NCBI RefSeq assembly: GCF_009914755.1
Contig: NC_060938.1
DNA: 64,000 bases
DNA from: the human T2T-CHM13v2.0 reference genome, Homo sapiens
Direction: 5' to 3' (one strand)
Under the pieces are notes generated by a model. It had not been told where the DNA came from, made no database searches, and saw only the letters and a list, made by a program, of their open reading frames with translations. Positions 12,809 to 25,941 of this stretch are shown here, in pieces. The position numbers were made by a program, and so were the translations under genes. Within the stretch, counting starts at the first letter, position 1. Every line of letters begins with the position of its first letter.

Positions 12809-15800
12809 CTATAGAGTCATAGTATTTGTTCAAATTAAGAAGTAAAGTCTAAGTAGAGTGAGGAACAATGGTGGAGATAGTAAATGCAGAAGAGTGTAAT
12901 GTGTCTAACTGAGAAAGGACAAGGTTATGTTAGGATGGAGCAAACCTGCTGGCCATTAACTGGTAGAATCATAATGAGATTTTTGTCTTAGGATAAGTTA
13001 CAAACAGGGTTGGAGGATGTATTTGGCAAAAGGGCAAGATGTGTGGTAGGTGATGGTAGAGTACTCTAGAAAATTTAAGTGTGTCCTTTCTTCTTTCTCT
13101 GCAATTCTGTGGGGAATGAGCATCACCTTTTCCAGCAAAGGCTATCTAGTCTGAAATACTACCGCTTTACCACATTATTTTATATATTCTTAAGGACATG
13201 TCTTTCAGTTCCAAGCATCATTCTGCTCCCTTAGTCCCAATCGTATAGGAAAGAGATACTTGTCTTGCATAGTAAACACAAAAACCAAGAACAGCAACAA
13301 GAAGTAAGCAAACAAACAAGCAAAATATTGGCACAAAGATCATGTTTATAACCTTGTTTGTGGAGAAGAAAACTCAAGGGTATCATTTTTATTAAATTTC
13401 TGTTCAACAAATTTCTTCTTGACATCATAGTTTTCTATCACCTTACTTATTCAGTTGCTGTTTCAGTTGTTACTATGAAAACAGAACACGCCTAAACAGA
13501 TTTACCTCCAATGGAAATCAGATGTTTTCATGGGAAGGTGTGCCTTTTCTTCACCCTTTGATCACCCTCTTTGTGGGCCTCTGATTTCAGGCCCATGCTG
13601 TTGAGGAAGAGAGTACTTCCAGGTTTGGAGATGGAGGCAGGGGCCCCAGTAATGTAGCAGGTCCTGCTTTCAGTAAGTGGGTGCCACTGTCTTCCCATAG
13701 CTACTTAAAAGCTGTAGGAAGTATAGTGTGTTTCCTACTAAGTCCGCTTGCCAGTCCTGGTTTTTTAATTATATGTTTAGAAATGAGTTTCTCCACTGAA
13801 ACAATGGTTACATGGAGAGTTTTTTTTTTCCTATAGTCTTCATAGAATGACTACTTTTTTAAAAAAAATTAATTATTAGAGTCCTCTGTGTGCATGAGAG
13901 GGAAAGACTGAGACAGAGTGAGAGAGGAAAGAAAGGGTAATTTTGTTTTCAGGATTAAGAATCTGTATCAAAAAGATCTACTAAGCAAACTTACCAAAGC
14001 CATACTCTGGTTTGAGCTAAGAGAGGACAATCTTTTGTTGAACAGCCTAATGTAATAAATTGCAATCAAAGGGCTTTAGATTTCTGTACAAAGTTTTCAA
14101 CCAGATCTAATTGGAAGTGCAACTCACATAGCCAGGAGCATTCTAAAAAACAGAGCAGTGAATTAACACTATTTTTAAAAGTCAAGAAGTCTCTTCTCCT
14201 TCCAAAGGAGAGTTTTTCAGACATTAGCTTCAACTGCCAAACATTATACAGAAAGTCCTTTTATAGAGATTTTCTCCCTTGACCTTCTAGTTTTCCCCCT
14301 CTTTCCACTCTATCTCCACTCCCCTTTCCTGCTCTCTCCATTCCCTGCCAATTCTTCACCGCACTCCCAACCATCAGCTGTGAAGGAAGCAAGGATTGTA
14401 TCATAAATGACCTATTAATCAGCGGTTTCCTAGATATTTTTGCTGAGGAAAGTAGAGTTTTGGAGAACCTAGGCTGGTTTCCAGTCAAATAGGAAAATGT
14501 TCAATATGTATCTGAAGCTTTTGTTAAATTAGATTGAGGTAGTGATTATATCTGACTGCAAAAAAAAAACTTTAAAGTGTCTTTTTTCCTAAACTATGGA
14601 GTTTTTTTATGTGATAACACTGGATTTACCAATGTATCTGCTTAATCTTAGCAAATGGCAGGGTAGACATACCCTTGTTCAAAATGACCCTCTTAGGTAG
14701 AGTCATTTAAATGGGGGATAGTAAACTAATCTTTCTTTTTATCCTCCCTCATTCCCACCCTGCACTACATCCTCCTCGAATATTGGAGCAGTTCCAGCAG
14801 ATGTCTTATGAAAATAAGAGCCAGAGGTAAGACATCAGCAGTTTAAGTTAGCAAAATAAAGTTTGAAAATGGGAAGTAATACATAAAAGTGTGAGATTGT
14901 CTCCCAGAATTTTGTATTTTCCCTTCACAATATTTGCATTGTATGCAGAGGGTTTGCAAAACAGAAACCAGAATATTTTGATCAATCACACAAAATATAA
15001 GAGATGGCAGACTTTGCCAGAGGAAAACTGAATATATGAAACATTCAAAATGTGTGACAAAACCCCCAAATATTGATGTATCCTCAATATTCTCAGCACG
15101 TCTAGATTTTGAATGAACATTTTATTTTCTCGTCAGTGATTCAGAATTTCCATCGCTCCTGTTGAGCTACCAGGGAAAATCATGCCAACTGGGAGAAAGC
15201 TTTATTTTAAGGTTGAAGGCATGAAATAAGCACTAAGAAGACAATTGTACACCTGTTTTCAAGAGTAAAAAGGCATCTCAAATCTGCTTTGCTTTCGAAA
15301 ATTTGGCCAAGGAGTGTATTTCAAAGGCCCAATAGCCCATAACATTATTCCCAGGGCTCTGTGCTCTCTGCCTAATTGGGCTTCCACACATTTGCATAAG
15401 CATGATACTTCATGATTAATGCATAAGACCCAGCATGGAGCCCTATATCAATTCATCTGTGGAGGCTTTTCCCCCAACTGAAAACAATCACTGTGCCTAA
15501 AATATAATCCATCATATTTGTAGGTATGACTGCATTGCAGAATATCAGACTACATAAATGCCATCACAACACCTTTACAGAATTGTAAACCTCTTCTGTG
15601 TAAGAAAGTTTCGTTTTAAGATGCCCACAGCACTACTGCCTTGGGATCATTATTGAAGCCAGAAAAGGTTTATTTACAACGTGAAGTGTCAAGGCGATAG
15701 ATTCTTCCTGTTTGGCGCGGGCACTGAATAAAAAGGGTAGATTATGAAAATAACCACCTTATGATTATTTGTGAATTACAAAGTAAACTATAGCTCTCCC

Positions 15801-16559
15801 CGTTGGCAACTTCAAACACCAAACATTGGCAAGCATGACTTCCAGAATAAGGGCTGCACAAAGGTGAAGGAAAGCTTAGTAAAAAATGCTACAAAGTGTT
15901 GAACTTCAAAAATGAAATCAGTTCTAGCTGCGATGGGTTGTCACATAATTAAGGAGTGCAACTCTCGGTGAGAGTCCAGGTGTTCCAAATAGTGTCACTT
16001 GTACCTTCCCTGCTGGCTGAGATGCTTAATTAGGCAGGAATCCATTCCCCACAGGGGGAGATGAGAACTTGGAGTTCACCAACAGATCTCAATGTGGACA
16101 TAGATACAGAAGACCCTTTGAGAGATCTCTTTCTGAAAGGATCTAAAATGATTTTTAAATAGTTAAATAAGTAATACATAGGTATAGGAAAAAATTAAAC
16201 CATCTGTAATTTTTTGAAGTTAGGATGAACATCCTCCCTCCCATACCACTTCCCAGATGTGATCTCTTGAATGAGGTGTATATTCTTCCAGATATTTTGT
16301 TATTTTGTAGGTATATGAGTATGTGTGTGTAATCTTCACGAGTTTGAAAAAAGCATACTATGCAAATTGCTGTGACTTGTTTTTCTGTGTCACGCAGTTA
16401 ATAAATGTTTCTCACAATAGTACATTTATACTTCTCTTTTTTTTTTAATAATTGTATGATATAATGCTGTATGTATTACCAACACACAGAGATTCTCCTA
16501 CCACTCAGGGTTTTTTGTTTGTTTGTTTTTTAGTCATTATGAGCAACACTACATTTTAG

Positions 16560-16671
16560 ATTGCACTGTAAGGGCAAGGACTTTGTCTTGGTCACTGCTA
16601 TATCCCTGGTATTTAACATAGAAAAGGTCACATAGTAAGTGTTCATTAATATTTGTTAAATACATAAATGA
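16560..16671 (+). mobile_element. L2 3' tail
   Basis: GGGCAAGGACTTTGTCTTG..CACATAGTAAGTGTTCATTAATATTTGTT. Confidence 0.65.
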
Positions 16672-16956
16672 GGCCGGGTGCGGTAGCTCACACCTGTAAT
16701 CCCAGCACTTTGGGAGGCCGAGGCGGGTGGATCACAAGTTCAGGAGTTCCAGACTAGCCTTGCCAAGATGGTGAAACCTGACTCTACTAAAAATACAAAA
16801 AAATTAGCTGGGCATGGTGGCACGTGCCTGTAAGCCCAGCTATTCAGGAGGCTTAAGCAGAGAATTTCTTAAACCTGGGAGGCAGATGATGCAGTGAGCC
16901 CAGATTGCGCTACTGCACTCCAGCCTGGGCGATAGACTCAGACTCTGTCTCAAAAA
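16672..16956 (+). mobile_element. AluS (Sg-like)
   Basis: Full dimeric Alu GGCCGGGTGCGG...GACTCTGTCTCAAAAA. Confidence 0.95.
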
Positions 16957-17004
16957 TACATACATACATACATACATACATACATACATACATACATACA
17001 TACA
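16957..17004. repeat. (TACA)12 tetranucleotide STR in the Alu tail
   Basis: 12 perfect TACA units. Confidence 0.97.
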
Positions 17005-17009
17005 TGAAA

Positions 17010-18680
17010 TCTGCAGGGAAAATCCCAGCCGTGGTATTTCTTTATCTGATATCTGTATAGAAATTGCCTCTTTACCTCCAAAAAGGTTGTACTGTTTTAT
17101 ACTCTCTCAAAGTGTAATAGGATTATAGATTTATTTAATTTTTCCCATTGTGATGCATGAGAAAGTGTGTTCCATTATTTAAAATTGAATTTCATTAATT
17201 TTGAAGAATGTTGGGAATATCCCTAGGCTATTAGACATTTGTATTTCTTTCCCTTTGACTATTGTTCATATATTTTGCACATTTTCCTGTTGAATTGTTA
17301 GCCTTTATCACATTAATTTCAATGTACTTTTCTGAATATTTAGGGTCTCAATCCTTTTGCTTGACATGGGCTTTACAAGTATTTTTTGTTCAGTGTAATA
17401 TTTATATTTTGACTTTATTTAACGATCTGTCTGTCTTTCCATCCGTTCATCCATCCACCTATCTTACCTAACAAAAAATTTAAAATATGTTATTATATCA
17501 GTTATTTTCTTTTAACATTTTTGGGTTTTATGTTTATTCTTAGAAAAGCTTTCTTCACTCAAAGAATACCAACTAGTTCACCTACGCGCACTTCTAATAT
17601 TTATAATTTTTATTTGTCTTTTTTTTTTTTTTTTTTTACAAATTTGGAGTTTGTTTTGATATGAGAGAGTAGTGTCTGGCATATTTAAGCTTACATCATA
17701 TGAGTAGCTAATTATCGTATTACTATATATTAAGAAGTACATATTTCAAAGATTTGAAATGTCAACTGTATCATTTATTAAATTTTCATGGACACTTGAG
17801 TCTATTTTGAGATTTCTGCTCTGTTTCATTGTCAGCAAGTCTATTCTTGCATCATTGCCATACTGTTTTAATTACTATAACATTTATGGTACATTTTATA
17901 TTTGGATACAGCTAGTCCACCCACATTACTCTTCTTTTTTCTCTTAGTACTTCTCAAATTTATATTCTAGAATTATTTTGTCAGATTCCAAAAGCAGAAA
18001 ATAAAATAAAAACATGCTTGTATTTTGATGGGAAAGTATGTTTTTTGTAGATTAAGTTACAAAGAATTCCTATCTATGCAATGTTGAACCTTCTAACCAA
18101 CAAGGCAATATATATCTTTTCATATCTTCAGTTATTTTTTATGCCCATTGCCAGTGTTCTCAAGTTTCCTTCATGTAAATTCTGTACATTTTCAAAAGTT
18201 TATTTCCAACTTTACTTTTCTCTTTGCTTTTGTTATTGAGATGTTTTCTTTCATATTAGTTATTGTTTTTAAACTAAAAGCTAATTATTTTATAAATTAA
18301 TTTTGAAACCAGTCACCTTATTAAATATTCATATTGTTTTAAATAACTCTTCAGCTGATTCTTTGGTGCTATAAAAGCACATTATCATAAAAAATAAACT
18401 TGTCTCCCCTTTCAAAAATTTACACCTGCTATTTCATTCTCTTGTAGTCCTTTGACATATTCATATGATAAATGATTTTGGGATGAGCCCTAGTTACCCA
18501 TGATTTATTACTTTGAAAATTATCCATTAAATTCTGTTTTTATTTTAATATTTTATATTGCATTTCACTTATACGTTTCGCATTGACATTCATTAATAAA
18601 ACCGGCTTTCAGTTTTATTTTTATGCTGCCTTTGTCAGATTATATGATCAATTTTAGTGGGCTTTATAAAAATAACTCAA
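17010..18680 (-). mobile_element. Old L1M (L1MC/ME-type) fragments
   Basis: T-rich antisense L1 ORF2 remnants (e.g. CCATACTGTTTTAATTACTAT, ATGTTGAACCTTCTAACC). Confidence 0.55.
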
Positions 18681-18689
18681 AAGATTACC

Positions 18690-19143
18690 TTCTGTATCTG
18701 TCAGATTCCAGTAAGAAGAACAAAAACCACTCAGGGTATTACAAGCAAAGAAAGACTTAAAATAGAAAACTGGGTCTCAAAATATTTGGAAGGGATAGCA
18801 GGACAAAAGAGAGAAGTTAGTTTCATCATGAGGTTAAGACTGACGGGAAGCAGATGCAACCCGTGAAGGGGAGACCTCCGTGCACTTGTGGCCATCAGAG
18901 CCTCTGCAGCCCACATCCCTGCCACTCACGAGCCCTCTCACACCAGAGTTGGACCAGCCACCACTGCCAGAGGCAGAACGTGGCTTCTCCACTGCTTTTC
19001 CTTCCTAATCTTGCCCTAGCTCCTCCAATAGGCAAAAATCACCAGGACCCGGCTAACAAAAGTCCTGCTTCTAGACCCTCGATATATAGAGAATGCAGGT
19101 GGTCAGATAAGGAGCTGGATACCAATAAACAATAGCGGACACA
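18690..19143 (-). mobile_element. Old MaLR (MLT1-type) LTR remnant
   Basis: Antisense MLT1-like end (AACAAAAACCACTCAGGGTATTACAAGCAAAG) and a composition change relative to the flanking L1. Confidence 0.35.
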
Positions 19144-19443
19144 CCCTTTCTTACATTTCTGGGATCATGTAGATAATATTGAAAGTATCTATTGCATCAA
19201 GATTTGAAAAAAATATAATTGGGAAAACATTTGAACTGGTGCTTTTGTGGGAAATGTGATATTCTTAATTCCTTTCCATGGATAGATTTTTTTCTGGCTC
19301 TTTGCGTTTAATATTTAGCAAATTATGTTTTTCAGAAAATCATCCACTTCAGTCGGTTTTCACATTTATTTGCACAAAGTTGTACTTTATAATTTATTTT
19401 CTATTTTTCTGCATTGGTGGATATTTCTCTTTTCTAATTCTTT

Positions 19444-20092
19444 TATGATAGGTAAAATAGTACCTTCCTCACCGCCCACCACACGCTCCCAAGATACCCA
19501 GGCCCTAATCTACAGAGTGTGTGAATATGTTATGTTACACGACAAAGGGACTTGGCAGAAGTGATTATGGCCATAGACCTTGAGAAGGAGAGATTTTCCT
19601 GGATCATCTTGGTAGACCCAATCATAATACATGAGCCCTTAAAAGCAGATTATTTTCTCCAGCTGGAATCATAAGGATGTAGCGGGAGGAATGTGGTAGA
19701 AGTGAAAGTGAGAGAGACTGAAAGAAGGCAAATGATGTGACACATTGCTACTGGTTTGAAGAGGGAGGTGGAAGGTTGACAAAGAATGCAGGAAACCTTA
19801 AAGAGCCGAAGAAGCTGGACTGACAGCCAGCGGGGAAACAGTGACCTTAGCCCTACAACCAAAAGGAGCTCAATTCTGCCAACAGAGCTTGAAAGCAGAT
19901 TCCTCAGAGCTTCCAGATGAGAGCAGATTGGCAGGCACATTGATTTCATCCTCACAAGACCTGGAGCAGACCAACCAGCTGACCACCTGAACCCCCCGTA
20001 CATCCGACCTGCAGAATTGTGAGATAATACATTTGTGTTGTTTTAAACCACTTTGTGGTAATTTGTTGCAGCAGCAATAAAAAACTAACACA
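19444..20092 (+). mobile_element. MLT1E/D-like MaLR solo LTR
   Basis: GTGAATATGTTATGTTACA..GACCTTGAGAAGGAGAGATT; 3' end GTGGTAATTTGTTGCAGCAGCAATAAAAAACTAACACA. Confidence 0.85.
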
Positions 20093-21134
20093 TTTTAATT
20101 GTATACACACTTGTGTTCTTTCTACTTTGTTTCTTGATTACTTTAGATGGTTTTATCTAGTTTATGGTTTGGTTTTGATTTTTCAAATCTCCAACTCATA
20201 TTTGTTCATTGATTCCACCACTATTTTTTCTAGTTTAATAATTATTGAGAAACCATCTTTATATAAATATTATAATATCCTACATATCCTGCTATGACTA
20301 GCTTCCCCCCTATATTATTTTTCTAAGATTTATCCAGTTCTTGCAGTAGATGTAGTTTATTCCTTTACACACGTTTCTAGGATTCAGTAGAATGTCTACA
20401 TCACCAGGCATCCATCCATCCATTCTATTCCTGAATGATATTTGGGTTATTTCCAATGTGTTTGTCTGTTTGTTTTGCTTTTGCAAAATGTACTGCTACA
20501 AACATGATTATATGAGTCCCGATAGTCATGCGCATCATTTTCTCTAGAGCGTATTAAAGAAGTGGGGTAGCTTTGCATTTATGAGGTAATGCAAGCTGTT
20601 TTCCAATATGACTATACTGATTTATATTCCCACCAGCAATGTCTAAGAGTTCTGATTGCTTCAAACCTTTGCCAACACTTTCTTTAAGATGTCTTTTGAT
20701 AAACAGAAGTCCCTGGTTTTATTTGAGCCAAATATGTCTATGGTCTCCGTTTTGGTTCTGCCCTTTTTGTGTCATAAGAACTTTTTCTTCACCTAAGATA
20801 TTAAAATTATTCTTGTTTTCTTTTCAAATTTTATAATTTTGTCACTTTATATTTATGTTTTTAACCCACTTGAGATTTGTTTTTGCATAAGTAAAAGGCT
20901 GGAGTCCAATTTCTTTTTTGTGTGTCTAACCAATTATTTAAATACTATGCATTGAAAAGTTCATTCTTCATGACTGCATGTGCAATCCACCCTGTCATAA
21001 GTAGAGTTTAGTTGTAATATGTTGATATGTTCAGGGATTACACATGCCAATATCACATGGTCAATATCACATGGTCATAATTACTCTAGCACTGGAAAGG
21101 CAAATAATTATTCATCCTTTGTTCTTCAGTGTAA

Positions 21135-21430
21135 TTTTTTTTTTTAAGACAGGCTGGAGTGCAGTGACACAATCATGACTTACTGCAACCTCAAACTCCT
21201 GGGCTCAAGTGACCCTCTCACCTCAACCTCCAGCAGAGCTGAGACTATAGGTACACATTACCACACCTGGCTAATTTGTTTATTTATTATTTATTTATTT
21301 ATTTTAGTTTTTATAGAGACAGAGTCTTGCTACGTTGCCCAGGCTGGTCTCAAACTGCTGACCTCAAGCCATCCTTCCGCCTAGGCCTCCCAAAGTGTTG
21401 TGATTACAGGCATGAGCCACCCCTCCGGGA
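21135..21430 (-). mobile_element. AluJ with a short right-arm deletion
   Basis: Antisense Alu with J-type CTCCTGGGCTCAAGTGA; ~18 bp missing at AAGACAG|GCTGGAG. Confidence 0.9.
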
Positions 21431-22235
21431 TGTTGATGTAAATTTTTAAATTATCTTGTAAAGTTTCACATATACAGGAATATGCACGAATATGCACGTA
21501 TCTGCATGTACATGAACACATACACATTCACAAAAACTTGAGGTTTGTAATGGAATAACATTAAATATTGAATCTACGATTCAGATTGCTTTTTTATCCT
21601 TTAAAAAGATTTTCTAAATCTAAAATCAAAGTTTTTGTTTGTTTATTTGTTTGTTTGTTTTTTGGTGATGAGGGTTGGGGGGAGGGAACTGTTCTTAAAA
21701 TTTGATCATCTCGCAAGAATGTTTTTGTGCTCTCAGTCAATAGCTTTTATTGGTATAGAGGAAGACTTTTTGATTCACAGAATTGGATTTTCTTTCACTT
21801 CATGGGAGTTTTCTATTCCATCTTTGGATGCATTCTATTTGAATTATGTTAGTCTACACTTTAGGGAATACCATGTATTGATGGGTTTAATCTCCAATTT
21901 CTGGCCTCCATACATATCATAGCCTCTTTACATTTTTTTTTTTTTGCTCTATTTGTTATTTTCCTAGGAACTTCCTCCCTGTTACTGATTTGATTGCTAC
22001 CCTCCTTGTTTCTGTACTGCCCTATTTCTAATTTTTAAATTAAACCAGTAATCATGCTATTTTTACTCCAGTGTTTTTAAATTGACTTACAGATATCCAC
22101 ATTTAATTTGTACAATCTTCCAAATTGCTTATCTTTTTAACCTTTTCTCCCAGGTATTCAATATTCATCTTAAATTTGATAGTTCCCAGCATTTGCTTTG
22201 GAATTTTTTTTTTTTTTCTGTTTCCTGTAGCACAT

Positions 22236-22598
22236 TGTATGAGTCTGTTCTCATGCTGCTAATAAGGACATACCTGAGACTGGGTAATTTATAAAGAAAA
22301 GAGGTTTAATGGACTCACAGTTCCACATGGCTGGGGAATCCCCACAATCATGGCAGAAGGCGAAGGAGGAGCAAAGTCACGTCTTATGTGGCCACAGGCA
22401 AGAGAGCTGTGTAGAGGAACTTCCCTTTAAAAAAATATCAGATCTGATGAGACTTATTTATTATCATGAGAACAGAATGGAAAAGACCTGCCCTCATGAT
22501 TCAATTACCTCCCACTGGGTGCCTCCCACAACATGTGGGAATTATGGGAGCTACAATTCAAGATGAGATTTGGGTGGGGACACAGCAAAATCATATCA
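22236..22598 (-). mobile_element. THE1 (THE1B/C-like) solo LTR
   Basis: TGTATGAGTCTGTTCTCATGCTGCTAATAAGGACATACCTGAGACTGGG...GAGATTTGGGTGGGGACACAG..CATATCA; 5 bp TSD CACAT/CACAG. Confidence 0.93.
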
Positions 22599-22879
22599 CA
22601 CAGGTTCTTCTAGGATAGTCACTCGACCTGCAGTCTTTGCCATTTCTTTCCTTTATAGCTGTATGTTTTGTCTTTCATCATATTTTGCATATGTTTTATT
22701 CAGAACTTCTGTAGTAGCTATTGATTATGCTTCTCTAACACCTCTTTCTTTGCTTTTGAAATATGTAGTGTTCTGCACCAGGAGTGGGCTGTTATTCTTT
22801 TTAACCAGTCAGAGCATTTCCATTTCATTTTTCAGTTACTGATCAAAGGGTTTGTTCCATTTAACTCAATTTATACCAA

Positions 22880-23221
22880 TTAATTTTGGAAAAATGTTTC
22901 CTGGAGATTCCAAATGTAGAATATTTCTTGCAATTCTGAGAAAGCTACAACAGCCCTCTCCTTTATTGTGAAGAGAGTTGTGCACATGAGAATTCTGGAA
23001 TTCTTGTAGCCACTTTGCTACCGTCAGGGAAGACTTACAGATGACACTGTACAAAGCAGAATTGAGTTTTTGATGACAGAGTTGAACCCCAGAACTAATC
23101 CACCCAAAAGCCCAGCCCAGCCCTAGAATGTTCAGTTAATGAACAAATGAATTCTCCATTGTTTTAGTCTGTTAGAATAGGATTTATGTTATTTACAACA
23201 CAGAGATTCCAACTGATTTAA
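22880..23221 (+). mobile_element. Old MLT1-type LTR remnant
   Basis: GTAGCCACTTTGCTACC; 3' end GTTATTTACAACACAGAGATTCCAACTGAT. Confidence 0.5.
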
Positions 23222-23353
23222 CTGTTTTTAGGAACTATAGGTAAATTATTCTTGCAATTCTCCCCACCTTTTTCTTGGTCCTATATATACCCTCCCATTA
23301 TTGGTTAAACTGAAGGACTCTGGATGATAACAGTTCATTACGGTTCAAGTCTT

Positions 23354-23665
23354 CTTTTTTTTTTTTTTTTTTTTTTTTGAGATGGAGTCTCGCTCTGTTG
23401 CCCAGGCTGGAGTATGATGGCACAACCTCAACCTCAGCTCACTGCAACCTCAGCCTCCCAGGTTCAAGCGATTCTCCTGCCTCAGCCTCCTGAGTAGCTG
23501 GGATTACAGGTGCACACCACTATGCCTGGCTAATTTTTTGTATTTTTAGTAGAGACGAGGTTTCACCATGTTGGCCAGGCTAGTCTCCAACTCCTGACCT
23601 CGTGTTCCACCCACCTCAGCCTCCCAAACTGCTGGGATTACAGGCATGAGCCACTACACCCGGTC
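23354..23665 (-). mobile_element. AluS (Sg-like)
   Basis: Poly-T plus antisense Alu; imperfect TSD ACGGTTCAAGTCTT / ATGGTTCATGCCTT. Confidence 0.95.
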
Positions 23666-23723
23666 ATGGTTCATGCCTTAACACTACTTTCTATTGCCTA
23701 TTTTTAAAAAAATTCAGACTCTT

Positions 23724-23759
23724 TGTGTGTGTGTGTGTGTGTGTGTCTGTGTGTATGTG
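23724..23759. repeat. (TG)n microsatellite
   Basis: TG run with a degenerate 3' end. Confidence 0.93.
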
Positions 23760-23964
23760 CATATGCATCTTTTTAAATATCATACATTGTGTTTGAAAAT
23801 TTGGATAGTCTCCAGACAATATTTTTTGTCATCTTTCCCATTCAGCTAGCGTAAAAAGAGAATGTCTCAGTCTAATCCAAGACAGATTACTTGAGGCTGG
23901 ATTTCAGGCTTGGTAAACTTCCGTATGCTTCTGTTTCACCTGCCACATACCATCACCAAGGGAA

Positions 23965-24073
23965 TGGCACTAAGACACCATGATCCCACACCTCACACTA
24001 GGCCCGACTTCCAACAATGGGGAGCATATTTCAACATGAGGTTTGGAGAGCACATACATCCAAAGACATAGAC
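23965..24073 (-). mobile_element. MST LTR 5' fragment
   Basis: AGGCCCGACTTCCAACAATGGGGA..ATTTCAACATGAGGTTTGGAG..CATCCAAA. Confidence 0.7.
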
Positions 24074-24525
24074 AAATGTCCACAGAGAACTGTTTCTCTA
24101 GCGACCCTGACTAAAAGTCTGGGATATTTACTAGGTTCCTTCTCTTTGACATATCCTGAACTTTATTTTTTCTCTTCATCAGATTATGAGACACTGCCAA
24201 TAATCCCACTTTGTTTCCCAGTATGTTTTTGTTTAAGCTCTAACCTTGAGCAGTTTAAGAATTTTATCATGTGGAAAAACACAGAGGGTCAAGCTTACTT
24301 TCCAGTGCTTCTCTTCACTCTAGTAATTAGACTCTCAGATCTTGGTTGCTTTGACAGCCCTGAAATCCAAGTTTTGTTTTTTCAGCGCCAGATTGTTGCC
24401 AAAGTTCTACAGGGTCCTTTGTCTTTTAGAAGGAGCTCTCCCCAAGTTGTCAACTGCACACCTAGCACCAAGAGTCACCTAAATTTCAGAAGGCATAAGC
24501 AAAGCATATAATGTTTGTTACCATC

Positions 24526-24936
24526 TGATGTGGTTTGGATATTTGTCCCCTCAAAATCTCATGTTGAAATTGTGATCCTAAGTATTGGAGGTGAGGTCTA
24601 CTGTGAGCTGTTGGCTCATGGTAGTGGTTCCCCCATGAATGGCTTAGCGCCATCCCCTTGATGACAACGTGAGTTATTGCTCTATTAGTTCACAAAAGAG
24701 TAGGTTGTTTAAAAGGAGCCTAGCACCTCCTCTCTTGCTCCCTCTCTTGCCGTCTGATGTACCTGCTCCCCTCTTGCCTTCTGCCATGATTGAAAGCTTC
24801 TTGAAGCCTCACCAGGAGCAGATGTCAGTGCCATGCTTCCTGTATAACCTGCAGAAACACAAGCCATAACTTATTTTCTTTATACATTTACCCAGTCTCA
24901 GATATTCCTTTATAGCAACTCAAATGAACTAACACA
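24526..24936 (+). mobile_element. MSTB-like MaLR solo LTR
   Basis: TGATGTGGTTTGGATATTTGTCCCC...AACTAACACA; TSD CCATC/CCTTC. Confidence 0.9.
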
Positions 24937-25941
24937 CCTTCTTAGTGTGATTATGGCTTTTCAAGTACCGGTTGCCTCCCTCAAATGCCTTCAAACAGTT
25001 GTTTATAATATCTTTTTCTGATGTTCTAATTGCTCTCATTGCAAATTTTTGTTTGATTCCAGATACTTTTTCACGGTTACATATGCAAGTCCAAAGTCTG
25101 AACTTCTCAGAACCTCCACCTTCTTACATCATTTATTTTTCCAGCGTTATCTCCCACTACTTCTAATATCATATGTAAAAAATGCAGAACACATTTGTCA
25201 TGTAATTTCAGTACTAAAAGAGCATATCCTCTGACACAAGTGTCTTTTTCTCCAGATGAAGAAACAGAGACTCCAAAAGATCAAGTGTCTTTTCTCAGAC
25301 CACGTAGCAGAGTTGATACCAGAGCCCAAGTTTACTTCCTCCTGCATACAAGCAAGCAGAACAAGGCAAAGAGCAAAGCAGAAGAACCCAGAATGGCAAA
25401 CTTATCTTCATGTTTCATGTAAAGAAATATTCCAACTCCTTTTCCCAGTGAATAAGACTTATTGCCTCTAAAATACACTTCTTACTGACACCACATTTCT
25501 CTCCTAGCATAAACTATGACATTTTTCCCAAATTATTAATTATAACTGTCATTTCTGAGCCCAGAGCCAGAGATAATCATACTGCTGAAAACCAAGCTGG
25601 TTCTTATACTAAAAATGAAGAAATGTGGGAAAACATCTATAAATCACCCTCCAACCTATTTTAGTCAAAAAGAAACCTGTGTATCTCATAGTTGAAAGTC
25701 AAACTTATAGGATTACAAGCAGAACCATCATCTAATTTATTGTCTAAATGGGACACCTTTTGAGAGTGATGGAGAAAGCTATTTATAATTACTCTACAAC
25801 AAGAACCATAAACCGATACTAGTCTGGGCACCCTAGCTATCAGATAATTTATTTCTGAATCACAAAAACAGTCCTTCTCTAATATTTTCTTAAGAATCCA
25901 ATCACTTTCATATGTGAAAAAATTCATTGCTAGAGAATGCA

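Noticed and set aside
16046-16062. CTCF-like CCCACAGGGGGAG
   Set aside because: Mismatches at core positions; cannot be supported without a PWM scan or ChIP data.
21047-21076. Short tandem duplications (CAATATCACATGGT x2; similar at ~21478, 31703, 42951, 59490, 63330)
   Set aside because: Ordinary slippage duplications with no spacer structure; not CRISPR-like.
24017-24511. Longest ORF (164 aa)
   Set aside because: Starts inside an MST LTR remnant, has no recognisable domain or splice context, and is compatible with chance.
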